In this document: positions 35,810 through 45,311 of the stretch, piece after piece
Layout of the letters: each line of letters starts with the position of its first letter
Numbering within the stretch: position 1 is the first letter of the stretch
From: Thermoplasmatales archaeon
Lineage (GTDB): Archaea; Thermoplasmatota; Penumbrarchaeia; Penumbrarchaeales; Penumbrarchaeaceae
Direction: 5' to 3'
Assembly (NCBI GenBank): GCA_030595715.1
Contig: JAUVCN010000002.1
Location: forward strand, 1 to 57,638
DNA: 57,638 nt
Translations under genes and position numbers: made by a program
The notes under the pieces: model-generated
What the model was told of the DNA's origin: nothing
What the model saw: only the letters and a program-made list of their open reading frames with translations
The model's database searches: none

Positions 35810-36652
35810 TCACAATGACTGTTGCTGTTCTCGTGACGGAAATCTTGTCCCCGCTCTGCCTCCGGATAATACCGTTTCAAGGTTATTTCCAATATCTCCA
35901 CCTATCAAGAACGTTTCTATCCCATTATCAGCAAGTTCTCTGCAAACAAGGACCTTACCCCAGATCCCGCCGCTTACATCACCCTGGTTGTTGTAGATAT
36001 GGCTCTTCCACTCCTCCTTCTTTCTTTCGAACATGAATTCGTTGATCTCTCCCACAACCTTTCCTGTCTTTGGATCTATAAATCCTTCCTTGTCCATTAT
36101 CATGATAACTTTATTGATATCCTCTCCGTTCTGTCTCTTTTCACTAGATATCTTTCTTATCAGTGTATCACCTGAGACCACGGACCAGCCTCCATTTACA
36201 TCCGGTACGAAATCACCTCTCAGAACAGGAACACAATCCCTTTCAATGATATTTTGGATCAGTTTCATTGATATTTCAAAAATATGTCCTGAATCGGATA
36301 TGACGATATCAGAAGTTGGTATGGAGATCGTTGGTACCTTCTCCTCACCCATTACCCTGACGAGTGTAGCGGTCAATTGGTCCATTCTCCATTTGACCTC
36401 CCATGCCATCATCGGTACGGATCCTTTTGTTACTCCCTCTCTCCATCGTACTACGGTCCTGTGGCCATGGGTCCCTCCACCATGAATCAGAATCACCTTC
36501 TTATCACGATGTCTTTTAATAACCTGGGCCACCTTTCTTATCAGGTCTTCCCTTATCCGGTATCTCCTGTGGATCTCGTTTCCATTGTAAGGAGGAAGAC
36601 AATCATCCTTCTTGTATGTGATGAAGGATCCGCCCAGTTTGATCAAGATCAT
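35810..36652 (-). CDS. ipk: Isopentenyl phosphate kinase (amino-acid kinase fold)
   Basis: 280 aa. MILIKLGGSFITYK, ILIHGGGTHGH, VLRGD and SGDTL motifs. Confidence 0.85.
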   Translation of the reverse strand: MILIKLGGSFITYKKDDCLPPYNGNEIHRRYRIREDLIRKVAQVIKRHRDKKVILIHGGGTHGHRTVVRWREGVTKGSVPMMAWEVKWRMDQLTATLVRVMGEEKVPTISIPTSDIVISDSGHIFEISMKLIQNIIERDCVPVLRGDFVPDVNGGWSVVSGDTLIRKISSEKRQNGEDINKVIMIMDKEGFIDPKTGKVVGEINEFMFERKKEEWKSHIYNNQGDVSGGIWGKVLVCRELADNGIETFLIGGDIGNNLETVLSGGRAGTRFPSREQQQSL

Positions 36653-36710
36653 TTCATTTTCCCCTTTCTCAAATATATTAATCTTTGAATATATTCATTT
36701 TAGGGTGAAA

Positions 36711-37322
36711 TCAATGTTGAATACGGAGACCGATCGCTTCCAACCTCTCACCGTCGATATCTCGTGTAGAAATAATTTCAACATCCCTGTCATAGATATT
36801 CATTGGATCCATATCATCTATTCTCCATTGAGGATACCTCAGTATTATTATAATCCCATCCTTCCTCAGAAATCTGTGAGCTGATGAAAGGAATTTCGCT
36901 GACAGCTCCCATCCGATCTTCCCACCGACCAGGGGAAGATCCGTTCTTCTATCGAGGATGACCCGACCCAAGGGAAGATAGGGAGGATTGAAGGATATGA
37001 TATCGGCCCAACCATTGTATGACCTGGGTATTCCATCGAAAAGATCCGATATCATCGGTCTGGCGGAAATATCATTCAGCTTCAGGTTATCCCTCAAGAG
37101 TCCGAGTGCTGCCGGTTCCCTGTCTATCGACAGGACGTTAAAACCTTCTTTCGCAGAAACCAGGGTCAGTAGACCACTCCCGCAACCCATGTCTATCAAC
37201 TGACCCGTGCCATTGAACTTGGACCTCACCGCACCTATAAGAAGTAATGAATCCTCTTCAACTGGATATACGGGATCCGTATAAAGGTAACTCAAGCCTT
37301 CGTACTCGTAGACGATCTCCAT
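36711..37322 (-). CDS. HemK/Mtq2-like SAM-dependent methyltransferase (NPPY motif)
   Basis: 203 aa. LIDMGCGSGLL, ISFNPPYLP. Confidence 0.75.
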   Translation of the reverse strand: MEIVYEYEGLSYLYTDPVYPVEEDSLLLIGAVRSKFNGTGQLIDMGCGSGLLTLVSAKEGFNVLSIDREPAALGLLRDNLKLNDISARPMISDLFDGIPRSYNGWADIISFNPPYLPLGRVILDRRTDLPLVGGKIGWELSAKFLSSAHRFLRKDGIIIILRYPQWRIDDMDPMNIYDRDVEIISTRDIDGERLEAIGLRIQH

Positions 37323-37415
37323 GACAGAGTAATGTGGACAGAATAGATCAAACTTTCATTACTTCTTGAAAAGATTTAAGAAACAAGATGACTTAGATTG
37401 GAGCAGTGATACCAC

Positions 37416-38396
37416 TTGTCTCCGAAAGTGTTCATGAAGGATCCGATCGAAAAGGCTGATTTCGCGCCAAAGAGGTTCAGGGCATTCATAGACCTCGTTA
37501 GGCCATTTACACTTCTGGCTCCGCTCTTCGGTGGATTATCGGGTTCATTTCTTGGATTGATCGTGGAAGGAAAACTGTCAACACCATATTTAACCATCGA
37601 ACCACCATTTTTCATATGGGGCGGTCTACCGTTCATAGAGATGCTTTCAGGTATCGTTTCCCTTGTACTTCTCAACGCCGCGTCCAACACATTGAACCAG
37701 GTATATGACAGGGATATCGATAAGATCAATAAATCATATAGACCCATCCCGGCTGGCATTGTCAGTGCCAAAGAGGGGCTCTGGATCGCCATCCTTCTTT
37801 ACGGTTTTTCTCTCTGGAGGGCTGCTCTGATCAATCGGTGGTTTTTCGGTATGGTCCTGGTCTTGGTGCTCTTCACAATATTCTATTCGGTTCCCCCGCT
37901 CAGATTGAAAAAGAGATTATGGATAGCGAACCTATCCATAGCCATACCAAGAGGTATAATGGGATTTGTTGCTGCCTGGGTAATAACAGCCGATATCTAC
38001 AATCCGATCCCCTGGCTGATCGGATCGATCATGTGCATTTTCCTGATCGGATCGACAACAGCGAAGGATTTCACCGATATGATCGGTGATGAGAGATTTG
38101 GAATGAGGACCCTCCCGGTCGTATATGGAAAGAAAAAAGCAATATTCCTCTCTATTCCATTCCTTATAATCCCATTCCTTGTCCTCGGGATATACTGGGC
38201 AATGGGGCTGATGCCACCCGGAACCATCGTCATGGTGATAGTTCTTCTTGTATGGTCCTTGATGATCATCTGGATGTTCACCAAGGAGGCTGACAAGGAG
38301 GACGAGCATTTCGAGAATTCGGCTGTATGGATCCATTTCTATCTCATCCTGTTGGGAATGCAGATCGGATTCCTTTTGGTCTACATATTCAATTGA
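37416..38396 (+). CDS. UbiA-family prenyltransferase, probably digeranylgeranylglyceryl phosphate synthase
   Basis: 326 aa, about 8 TM. NQVYDRDIDKINKSYRPIPAG (NxxxDxxxD) and a second Asp-rich region KDFTDMIGDERFG. Adjacent to ipk and fni. TTG start, with an ATG alternative at 37434. Confidence 0.7.
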   Translation: MSPKVFMKDPIEKADFAPKRFRAFIDLVRPFTLLAPLFGGLSGSFLGLIVEGKLSTPYLTIEPPFFIWGGLPFIEMLSGIVSLVLLNAASNTLNQVYDRDIDKINKSYRPIPAGIVSAKEGLWIAILLYGFSLWRAALINRWFFGMVLVLVLFTIFYSVPPLRLKKRLWIANLSIAIPRGIMGFVAAWVITADIYNPIPWLIGSIMCIFLIGSTTAKDFTDMIGDERFGMRTLPVVYGKKKAIFLSIPFLIIPFLVLGIYWAMGLMPPGTIVMVIVLLVWSLMIIWMFTKEADKEDEHFENSAVWIHFYLILLGMQIGFLLVYIFN

Positions 38397-38433
38397 AGAC
38401 CAACCATAATAAATAGAATATCTTTCTAGGGTT

Positions 38434-39912
38434 GTGACCGAACCCGAAAAATGTATGGATGTATCAAACAGATTGGACCTGGTACTGAAAACTTCACTTA
38501 AAGCCCTGGAAAAGGACCTTTGCGATCGTTGTCTTGGAAGATTGTTCGCCAGATCCGGATTCGGCCTGACCAACAAGGACAGGGGATCATCCATCAGGAC
38601 AATGATAGCTCTGGAATTCGAATCAAATAAAGACCTTGACCTTGGATCCTACCAGATCGATTCCAGTGGAATACCCCTCCATGAGAAGGAACCTTCAAAA
38701 GAAAAGGGGGCCGTTGAAGATCCAGATTTGGATGATACATGGTCATCACCGATCACTCCATCTTTTCAGAAACCATGGACCAACGAAAAGCATAGCGAAG
38801 TATCCTGCTGGTTATGTAAGGATGTATTCACCAAGATCGATGAACTGGCCGGGATCATCAAGGGATCCGCATCAGAAATGGAATTCCATTCATTTCTTGT
38901 TGGATGCAGGATCGACCCCCACACTTCTGAAAGGGAGCAGCTTCTCTGGCAAGATTGCGACCCTCCTTCACCAGAACCATTGAAGGAAGAATTGAACAGA
39001 GCCATTGGAAAGGTTTTCTCTAAACTCATGCCAGATAAAGAGTTCAGCAGATCTGATCCAGATATTGCGTTCATCATCGATCCATTATACAGGACCGTGA
39101 CCATGCAGATCAAACCAGTTTTCATATTTGGCAGATACAGAAAACTGGTAAGAGGAATACCTCAGACGAGATGGCCCTGCAATGTGTGCAGAGGAAAAGG
39201 TTGCCAGAAATGTGATGATACAGGTAGAATATACCAGACCTCTGTGGAGGAATTGATCGGGGAGATCCCAAAAAAGATCACAAATGGTGAGGACTTCAAA
39301 CTTCATGGGATGGGGCGAGAGGATGTTGATGTCCTATCACTTGGAGATGGGAGGCCTTTCATATTGGAGATAACAAGACCGGTAACAAGGTCTATCGACC
39401 TTGGAGGTCTTGAAGAGATGATAAATGGTTCTACAGACGGAAGGGTCGAGGTACATTCCCTTCGTCTCTCCAACAGGAAGGAGATACCTAGGATCAAGGA
39501 AGGAACCACAAGGAAAAGATACAGTGCCACCATATCAATAAATGGGAACCTGGATGAGGAAATCCTTAAATACAATATCTCTTTACTTGCCCAAAGCCCC
39601 ATAAAGCAGAGGACGCCAACAAGGGTTTCTCACAGAAGGGCCGATAAGGTGCGGACAAGAAATGTCTATGAAGCATCTGTCGACATCCTTCCCGAAGGAA
39701 AGGCTGTTGTTCATCTCCTCACCGATGGAGGGCTCTATATCAAAGAGCTCATGCATGGTGATGGTGGAAGAACGAAACCTTCCCTGTCCTCACTTCTCGA
39801 CAGGGAAGTGACCGTTGAAACGCTTAATGTAACAGGAGTCCTCTACGATGATGGGGAAGAAGATACAGGGGTTGAATCTCATGGTGAGAAGATCCAAGGG
39901 AATAATGGTTAG
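38434..39912 (+). CDS. pus10: tRNA pseudouridine(54/55) synthase Pus10
   Basis: 492 aa. N-terminal CDRCLGR Zn site, CNVCRGKGCQKCDDTG, REDVDVLSLGDGRPFILEI, HGDGGRTKPS. Confidence 0.85.
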   Translation: MTEPEKCMDVSNRLDLVLKTSLKALEKDLCDRCLGRLFARSGFGLTNKDRGSSIRTMIALEFESNKDLDLGSYQIDSSGIPLHEKEPSKEKGAVEDPDLDDTWSSPITPSFQKPWTNEKHSEVSCWLCKDVFTKIDELAGIIKGSASEMEFHSFLVGCRIDPHTSEREQLLWQDCDPPSPEPLKEELNRAIGKVFSKLMPDKEFSRSDPDIAFIIDPLYRTVTMQIKPVFIFGRYRKLVRGIPQTRWPCNVCRGKGCQKCDDTGRIYQTSVEELIGEIPKKITNGEDFKLHGMGREDVDVLSLGDGRPFILEITRPVTRSIDLGGLEEMINGSTDGRVEVHSLRLSNRKEIPRIKEGTTRKRYSATISINGNLDEEILKYNISLLAQSPIKQRTPTRVSHRRADKVRTRNVYEASVDILPEGKAVVHLLTDGGLYIKELMHGDGGRTKPSLSSLLDREVTVETLNVTGVLYDDGEEDTGVESHGEKIQGNNG

Positions 39913-40174
39913 CACCCGAAATATAATGAGGAAGAAGCCCAGGGACAGAGGCAACCCACCGATCACAAAGTACCTCAGAAAATTCGAGATCGGAGAAAAA
40001 GCAAACATAGTGATCGAATCATCCAGTCAGAAAGGACAACCTCATAGAAGATATCATGGCAAGGTAGGAACGGTCATCGATAAAAGAGGCGATGCCTACA
40101 TCGTTCGTGTTCAGCTTGACAAGTCCCATCGGGACCTCATTATCAGACCAGAACATCTCAAACCGACCAATTGA
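39881..40174 (+). CDS. rpl21e: 50S ribosomal protein L21e
   Basis: MVRRSKGIMVSTRNIMRKKPRDRG...YHGKVGTVIDKRGDAYIVRV. The ATG at 39881 lies within the listed ORF 39848-40174. Confidence 0.9.
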   Translation: MVRRSKGIMVSTRNIMRKKPRDRGNPPITKYLRKFEIGEKANIVIESSSQKGQPHRRYHGKVGTVIDKRGDAYIVRVQLDKSHRDLIIRPEHLKPTN

Positions 40175-40299
40175 ATGATCTATCGATCTTTTTCCGGTCC
40201 AGCATTTGAGAAAGTATTAATATCGCCAATATACATACCTTCTAAAGCTGGTCAAACTGGGGAATAATCTAAGTAAAACCTAAGAAAAGAGGAATAAAT

Positions 40300-40740
40300 A
40301 TGCCCATTGAGGAAGAAAACGAGAGGCTTTTAACGAGTTCGGAAGTAGAAGAGATACTTCAAGAATCGATGAAGAAGCCTGACAAGATCTACCACGGCCC
40401 TGAAGAGGATCAAGCATCCTACAGATACATCCACGACGATACTGTATCCGAGGAGGGGGAAGAAGTAGAGGTCGATCCGCTTGCAAAGCTCAGCTTTGAA
40501 AAGAGAGCGACCATGGACCATGTTGTCAGTTTTACCAGGATCAGTAAAAAGAAAGGAGAAGAGATGATCAAGGAACTTGTCAAGATAGAACGGGTATCCA
40601 GGATCCATTCCTACAAGATGGCTGAACTGATGCCAAGGGATGAAACTGAGCTTAGACCAATATTTGCCAAGGATAGATTCACTCTTGAACCTGAAGAATT
40701 GAAGCAGATATTGGATATCATTGACAAATTCAGAGTTTAG
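40300..40740 (+). CDS. rpoF: DNA-directed RNA polymerase subunit Rpo4/F
   Basis: 146 aa. Rpb4-like C-terminal helical region (IHSYKMAELMPRDETELRPIFAKDRFTLEPEELKQILDII). Conserved archaeal gene order L21e-RpoF-DUF655. Confidence 0.75.
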   Translation: MPIEEENERLLTSSEVEEILQESMKKPDKIYHGPEEDQASYRYIHDDTVSEEGEEVEVDPLAKLSFEKRATMDHVVSFTRISKKKGEEMIKELVKIERVSRIHSYKMAELMPRDETELRPIFAKDRFTLEPEELKQILDIIDKFRV

Positions 40741-41308
40741 ATCGACCTTAGGAGGATTGACCTTGGAGGACTATGCATACATACTAGATTATCTGCCACA
40801 GGGCCATCCGGAAAGAAAAACGTTCAAGAGAGAGCCCATTGCCTTCGGTCTCGGTGAGACCGAATTCAAAATACTGGAACTTTCTCCCAAGGACAATGTC
40901 AGTCTTATCATTGGTGAGAAGGTTTACATTGGGAAGGAGCTGGATCAGAGGAATAAGGTCCAACATGTAAAAAGAAGGGTCAATTATTCCGACCTGACAG
41001 CTGCAGCCCATTCCGAACTACCCTACATCATCCAGGAGATAATAAAGAATGAGGAAGAAAAGTTCATTCGATTCTTCAACGAGGCCCAGGCCATCTCCAC
41101 AAGACTTCACATGCTCGAATTGATCCCTGGTCTTGGAAAGAAGACCATGTGGCATATAATCGAAGAAAGGAAAAAAGGAAATTTCAAGGATTTTGATGAC
41201 CTTCATGTTAGGACACATCTCCATAATCCGGAAAAACACCTCACCGAGAGGATCATCCAGGAGATGGAGGACAATTCCCAGAAATACCACCTATTCATAA
41301 AGGGGTAG
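40721..41308 (+). CDS. DUF655 protein (OB fold plus helix-hairpin-helix, RNA-binding)
   Basis: LEDYAYILDYLPQGHP ... FFNEAQAISTRLHMLELIPGLGKKTMWHIIEER are typical DUF655 motifs. Confidence 0.8.
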   Translation: MTNSEFRSTLGGLTLEDYAYILDYLPQGHPERKTFKREPIAFGLGETEFKILELSPKDNVSLIIGEKVYIGKELDQRNKVQHVKRRVNYSDLTAAAHSELPYIIQEIIKNEEEKFIRFFNEAQAISTRLHMLELIPGLGKKTMWHIIEERKKGNFKDFDDLHVRTHLHNPEKHLTERIIQEMEDNSQKYHLFIKG

Positions 41309-41335
41309 ATATTCTTTCATACTTACCTCTTCACA

Positions 41336-41353
41336 TTTTGTTTTTTTTCTTTA
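41336..41353 (+). terminator. Oligo-T terminator after the rpl21e-rpoF-DUF655 unit
   Basis: ttttgttttttttcttt lies 28 nt after the stop codon. Confidence 0.4.
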
Positions 41354-41587
41354 ACTGTTGATGGATTTATTATTTTTTAATCAATAATGTTAATGTATGA
41401 CTTTTAGTGGACCATTACTTATAGATTTGCTTTAGAGAGAGAGTTCTCCGAAAGTTATATTTAATATATGAGGCATGTAGGTCTTACCTTTGTCTGACCA
41501 TATAATGTCAGAGGGGGGAAATAGGGATGCCATGCGGGGGGTAGGAAATACCTAACCCATTGATACGGGCACCATGAAGGTGGACCG

Positions 41588-42043
41588 ATGCCACGACTGA
41601 CCAGTAAAATGACATTGAAGATCGAACCGGAGCTCCTGCGACGGATCCAGGCCAAGGCCGAATCCAGGGGAGTGTCGGTCAGTTATTACGTCAGAGAAGC
41701 AGTGATCGAGCATATCCGGGAAACGGAGGAAGAGATCTCGCCCAGCACCATGAGGATCAATATGACCCTCATGGAAACACATGTCCTAACGCAACTGATC
41801 AGGATAGGAGCAATGACCGAGCCTCAAGAGATGTTCCACAAGGCTTTCGATTCATATGTATCGAACGATCTTGAAAGGACCCTCAATTTCGCTCATGGTC
41901 TCAAGGACATGAGAGAATTTCCCTCCATGGTACCGCTTACAACCCGTAGATCCAGGACCATGAGATTCAATGACCTGGAAATAGATGACGACCTTGAAGG
42001 GGATATCGAGAGAAAGGATCGAGATAAAACGGGGTCCGGTTAG
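41588..42043 (+). CDS. Ribbon-helix-helix (CopG/MetJ-like) DNA-binding protein, possibly a tandem RHH
   Basis: 151 aa. MTLKIEPELLRRIQAKAESRGVSVSYYVREAVIEHI is a canonical RHH. A second weaker unit is MRINMTLMETHVLTQLIRIG. SD aaggtgg 5 nt upstream. Confidence 0.6.
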   Translation: MPRLTSKMTLKIEPELLRRIQAKAESRGVSVSYYVREAVIEHIRETEEEISPSTMRINMTLMETHVLTQLIRIGAMTEPQEMFHKAFDSYVSNDLERTLNFAHGLKDMREFPSMVPLTTRRSRTMRFNDLEIDDDLEGDIERKDRDKTGSG

Positions 42044-42084
42044 GGGAACCTGACCCCGATCCCCTCCGCAGGAATGGGATCGCA

Positions 42085-42744
42085 ATGAAAAATTCAAATG
42101 ATGCTGGTATAAGTTCAGATCAGAATATGATCCATCTGATTTGCATGAAAGGAAATATTGAAGATATCGTCAAATGTTCCGATTCAAGAGGAAGTAGAAG
42201 AACGATCGTTAAGAGAGCAATAGATATTTTGATAGGTCTATCACTTAAAGGATATGAAGGAAGGGTAATAGGTGCGATATACCTTGTTGGCGATATTGAA
42301 CGGGTCAAGAAAAACTCCACCCAGATGATCATAAATCCATTCAAAGGATGGAAAAATGTGAACATCAAGGATAACAAGCAGCTACCAACTATAGAATCGT
42401 TCACTCAACTTGATGGAGCCATTGTCTTTGATAACAGAGGCCTGGCCCATTACGCAGGAAGGATGATCAAGGTCAAAGAAGATGAATGTGAAAGGGAAAA
42501 TAAGGATTTCAATAAGAGAAGTGGAAAAGGATCCGGGACCAGATGGAGGGCTGCCAGGTTCATCACAGCGAGGACAGGAACGATCGCACTTACACTTTCC
42601 AGTAGCGGCAACATCACTGTATTCAGGGATGGCAAGGCAATTGGACGATTGGAAAGAAGATTGTGCAGTATGAATGTGAAGGATGTTCCCATTTATCTGC
42701 ATCCACAGAACGATGATCGATCGATAATAACCCATGATCCCTGA
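42085..42744 (+). CDS. DisA_N/DAC (diadenylate cyclase) domain protein with a non-canonical RWR motif
   Basis: 219 aa. VIGAIYLVGD, LDGAIVFDNRG (DGA at nt 42412-42420), GSGTRWRAARFITARTGTIALTLSSSGNITVFRDG (RWR at 42541-42549 where DAC enzymes have RHR). Confidence 0.7.
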   Translation: MKNSNDAGISSDQNMIHLICMKGNIEDIVKCSDSRGSRRTIVKRAIDILIGLSLKGYEGRVIGAIYLVGDIERVKKNSTQMIINPFKGWKNVNIKDNKQLPTIESFTQLDGAIVFDNRGLAHYAGRMIKVKEDECERENKDFNKRSGKGSGTRWRAARFITARTGTIALTLSSSGNITVFRDGKAIGRLERRLCSMNVKDVPIYLHPQNDDRSIITHDP

Positions 42745-42860
42745 TATATCAAATTTCGACCTGTGTTTCACGAAATAGAATATTATCTAGGAAAATATTA
42801 TATCTATATCATACCAAATCATTTAGAAGAAGTGTATGGTTTCGTGGCTGGTGGTTTGAG

Positions 42861-45245
42861 TTGTCCGAAGATGAAAATGAAGGAACATCAAAAGCGGAAG
42901 AAAAAGAAAACCCCACTGTGGAAGATGATACCATCCATGAGGATGTTCTATCCGATGAAGATGACGATAATGAGCTTTTCAAGAAATTGATGCAAAAGGT
43001 ACAAGACGCGGGCATGCTGGAAGAAGAGATCAGTTCTAATCTGTCCAATCTATCCGACAGGGTTGAAGATGTGATCGATTCCGTGGACCGAATTGAAAAG
43101 ATCGAGAGGCCCAGCCTGGCGAATATGGCATTCAAGGATGGGGAAGAGAACAAACCTATGGAAGTTGGACAGGAACCCGTTGAAAAACCAGCCGAACCTG
43201 AGGTAGTTGAAGACCCTGGTGAAACCGTTTTTCCATCCATTTATGACAAGGCATCCATTGGACAGATGCAGATATTGACCACTTCACCTTATGAAGAGGT
43301 CGGAAAGGGAGGTTACCATCCTGATGAAGAATCCCAGATCATCAGCCATTATTCCAGCGAGGCAAATAGCATAATCTCCAATTTCAGAAGATTGATCATG
43401 TTAAAACTTGATAAGGGTAACAAGGAAGAGGCCATGGATCTTTTCAATATGGCAAGATCAATCGGAGGATCCAATCCGACATTCGCCGATGAGTTCTCTT
43501 CCGTTATGAGTTCACTCGGTATCGAAAATAATTCCAGTATTGAAGTGTCAACAATGATTCCCGAGGAGACCGAGACGAAGGTACTGGACCCGGATCTTGC
43601 CGAAGGGATAGATATCCTTGAGAAGAAAGCCAGGTCCGCTCTTGAACAGTTGAATTCCATGATGGATACATCTAATCTCTCCAAAGCCATGTTCAATTCG
43701 GTCAAGGAAAATTATGTGGAAGCAAAAGCCCTTTTCAAAGAAAAGAGGTTTCACAAATCCCATCAGATCGCTCTTGAGGGATTTAAAACCATAAAGGACA
43801 AGGTACATGACGACCTGGATAATATGATCCAAGATACTCTCTATCGCGTAAAGGAAATGATAGAGGAGATGGAAAAGAGCAAAGATCACAACGATCCGGC
43901 CCTTATGGATGAATTGAAAGGTGAGATTGATATTGCCATGAAGGCATATCTAACGAATGAATATGAAAAGGCCGATCTACTGTCAAAAAAAGTGATGAAC
44001 AAGGTACTGGAGATCCAAGAACCTGATGCGGCCCCTCTGCTGGAAAGGGCAAAGGAGATAAGAACGGCAATCGACACCCTGATCGAAAAGAACATACTAC
44101 ATGAAGAGATCGCCGACATCTCCTCGATCCTCAAATCAGCTGATCAATTGATCAAAAGAAAGGACCGCAGAAGTGCAACGAAAATACTCGACCAGATCTC
44201 CCCAATGCTCGAGGAACTCCGGAAAAAGGCAGAAACATATGTTGCCGCAAGGGAAATAGAGATCAAATTGACCAACAGGATACAGAGAATGGACGAAACA
44301 GGCCATGATGTCGAGGAACCGAAAAGAAAATTATCCCACATCAAGAACTACCTGAAGGACGACAGGTACGATGATGTTCTGATCATAGGAGAAGAACTGG
44401 AAAAAGAGCTTTCATCGAAAGAATACCTGAACGATGAGATCGAGATCAGGTCCATGCTTGAAGATATAAAAAAGCTCATTGAAGGGGTTGCTGAACTTGA
44501 TGAGGACCATTCATTCAACGATAGATACGATCAATTGATCGAACAGCATGAGAAAGGTATTACCCAAGATGTCCTGAAAAATGGCAACGAACTGATCAAT
44601 GAGTTAAAGGCCAGAAAGAAGACCCTAAATGTGGAAAGAGGAAAAAGGATCGCAATAGGGGTCATCAACATCAAGATACTTACAATGAAGATGCGCTCTA
44701 TGAACCTCGATCCTACCGAGATGGAGAGAAGATCAAGGAATATCAAGGCCCGTTTGAAGGTCGGAGATTATTTCGATGGTCTAAAGGAACTGGATCAACT
44801 TGTACATGATCTGAAAAAGACGATCAATGGTCATCTTGTGATGATGAAGAAACTGACGAGCATCCACAGGGACTCACTGGAAGTCGTTATGGATAGGCAC
44901 AGGGATCAACCTGTTATCTTCCACATCAAGAACAGACACATACCTGTCTTGAGGAAAATGGAGGATCTTGGAAGGTTCCGATCAGCGATCGATGGATACA
45001 GGAAGCTTGGGAACAAGTTCTCTGGCATGATACTTCCCGAGGACAGAAAGAACCTTGTTGAGACCGAGCTCACCGAGTGTAAATTCGAGATATACAAGAG
45101 AAAAGAAGAAGGTTTGGACATATCTGAACCTCTTTCCCTGTATACGAATGCACAGAAGATTTTCTCTTCAGGAGATGTCGTGCCAGCAGAGTTCCTTGTC
45201 GAGATAAGCAAGAGATATTGTGATCAATTCCTTCCCCGATCATAA
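42861..45245 (+). CDS. Hypothetical 794-aa all-helical / coiled-coil protein with an acidic N-terminus
   Basis: Long ORF with a TTG start and no motif I recognise. Repeated ~60-70-aa helical units. Own TATA-like element at ~42793-42810. Confidence 0.65.
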   Translation: MSEDENEGTSKAEEKENPTVEDDTIHEDVLSDEDDDNELFKKLMQKVQDAGMLEEEISSNLSNLSDRVEDVIDSVDRIEKIERPSLANMAFKDGEENKPMEVGQEPVEKPAEPEVVEDPGETVFPSIYDKASIGQMQILTTSPYEEVGKGGYHPDEESQIISHYSSEANSIISNFRRLIMLKLDKGNKEEAMDLFNMARSIGGSNPTFADEFSSVMSSLGIENNSSIEVSTMIPEETETKVLDPDLAEGIDILEKKARSALEQLNSMMDTSNLSKAMFNSVKENYVEAKALFKEKRFHKSHQIALEGFKTIKDKVHDDLDNMIQDTLYRVKEMIEEMEKSKDHNDPALMDELKGEIDIAMKAYLTNEYEKADLLSKKVMNKVLEIQEPDAAPLLERAKEIRTAIDTLIEKNILHEEIADISSILKSADQLIKRKDRRSATKILDQISPMLEELRKKAETYVAAREIEIKLTNRIQRMDETGHDVEEPKRKLSHIKNYLKDDRYDDVLIIGEELEKELSSKEYLNDEIEIRSMLEDIKKLIEGVAELDEDHSFNDRYDQLIEQHEKGITQDVLKNGNELINELKARKKTLNVERGKRIAIGVINIKILTMKMRSMNLDPTEMERRSRNIKARLKVGDYFDGLKELDQLVHDLKKTINGHLVMMKKLTSIHRDSLEVVMDRHRDQPVIFHIKNRHIPVLRKMEDLGRFRSAIDGYRKLGNKFSGMILPEDRKNLVETELTECKFEIYKRKEEGLDISEPLSLYTNAQKIFSSGDVVPAEFLVEISKRYCDQFLPRS

Positions 45246-45311
45246 TGATATGACAATATCCTTCGATATCGTTAAGTAATCTATCACCTTGACACTCGAT
45301 GAGGGTTTCCA

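Noticed and set aside
35809-35901. N-terminal 31-aa extension of fni from the upstream ATG, overlapping ipk by 92 nt.
   Set aside because: The extension (MEILEITLKRYYPEAERGQ...) precedes the conserved family N-terminus (RRKEDHIRI). A GTG at 35808, 1 nt after the ipk stop, gives a typical coupled start.
41495-41587. Riboswitch or G-quadruplex in the leader of the RHH gene.
   Set aside because: The two G6 tracts and one G3 tract do not give four well-spaced G3 runs. I recognise no known riboswitch consensus. It is noted only as a structured leader inside the DAC-cluster finding.
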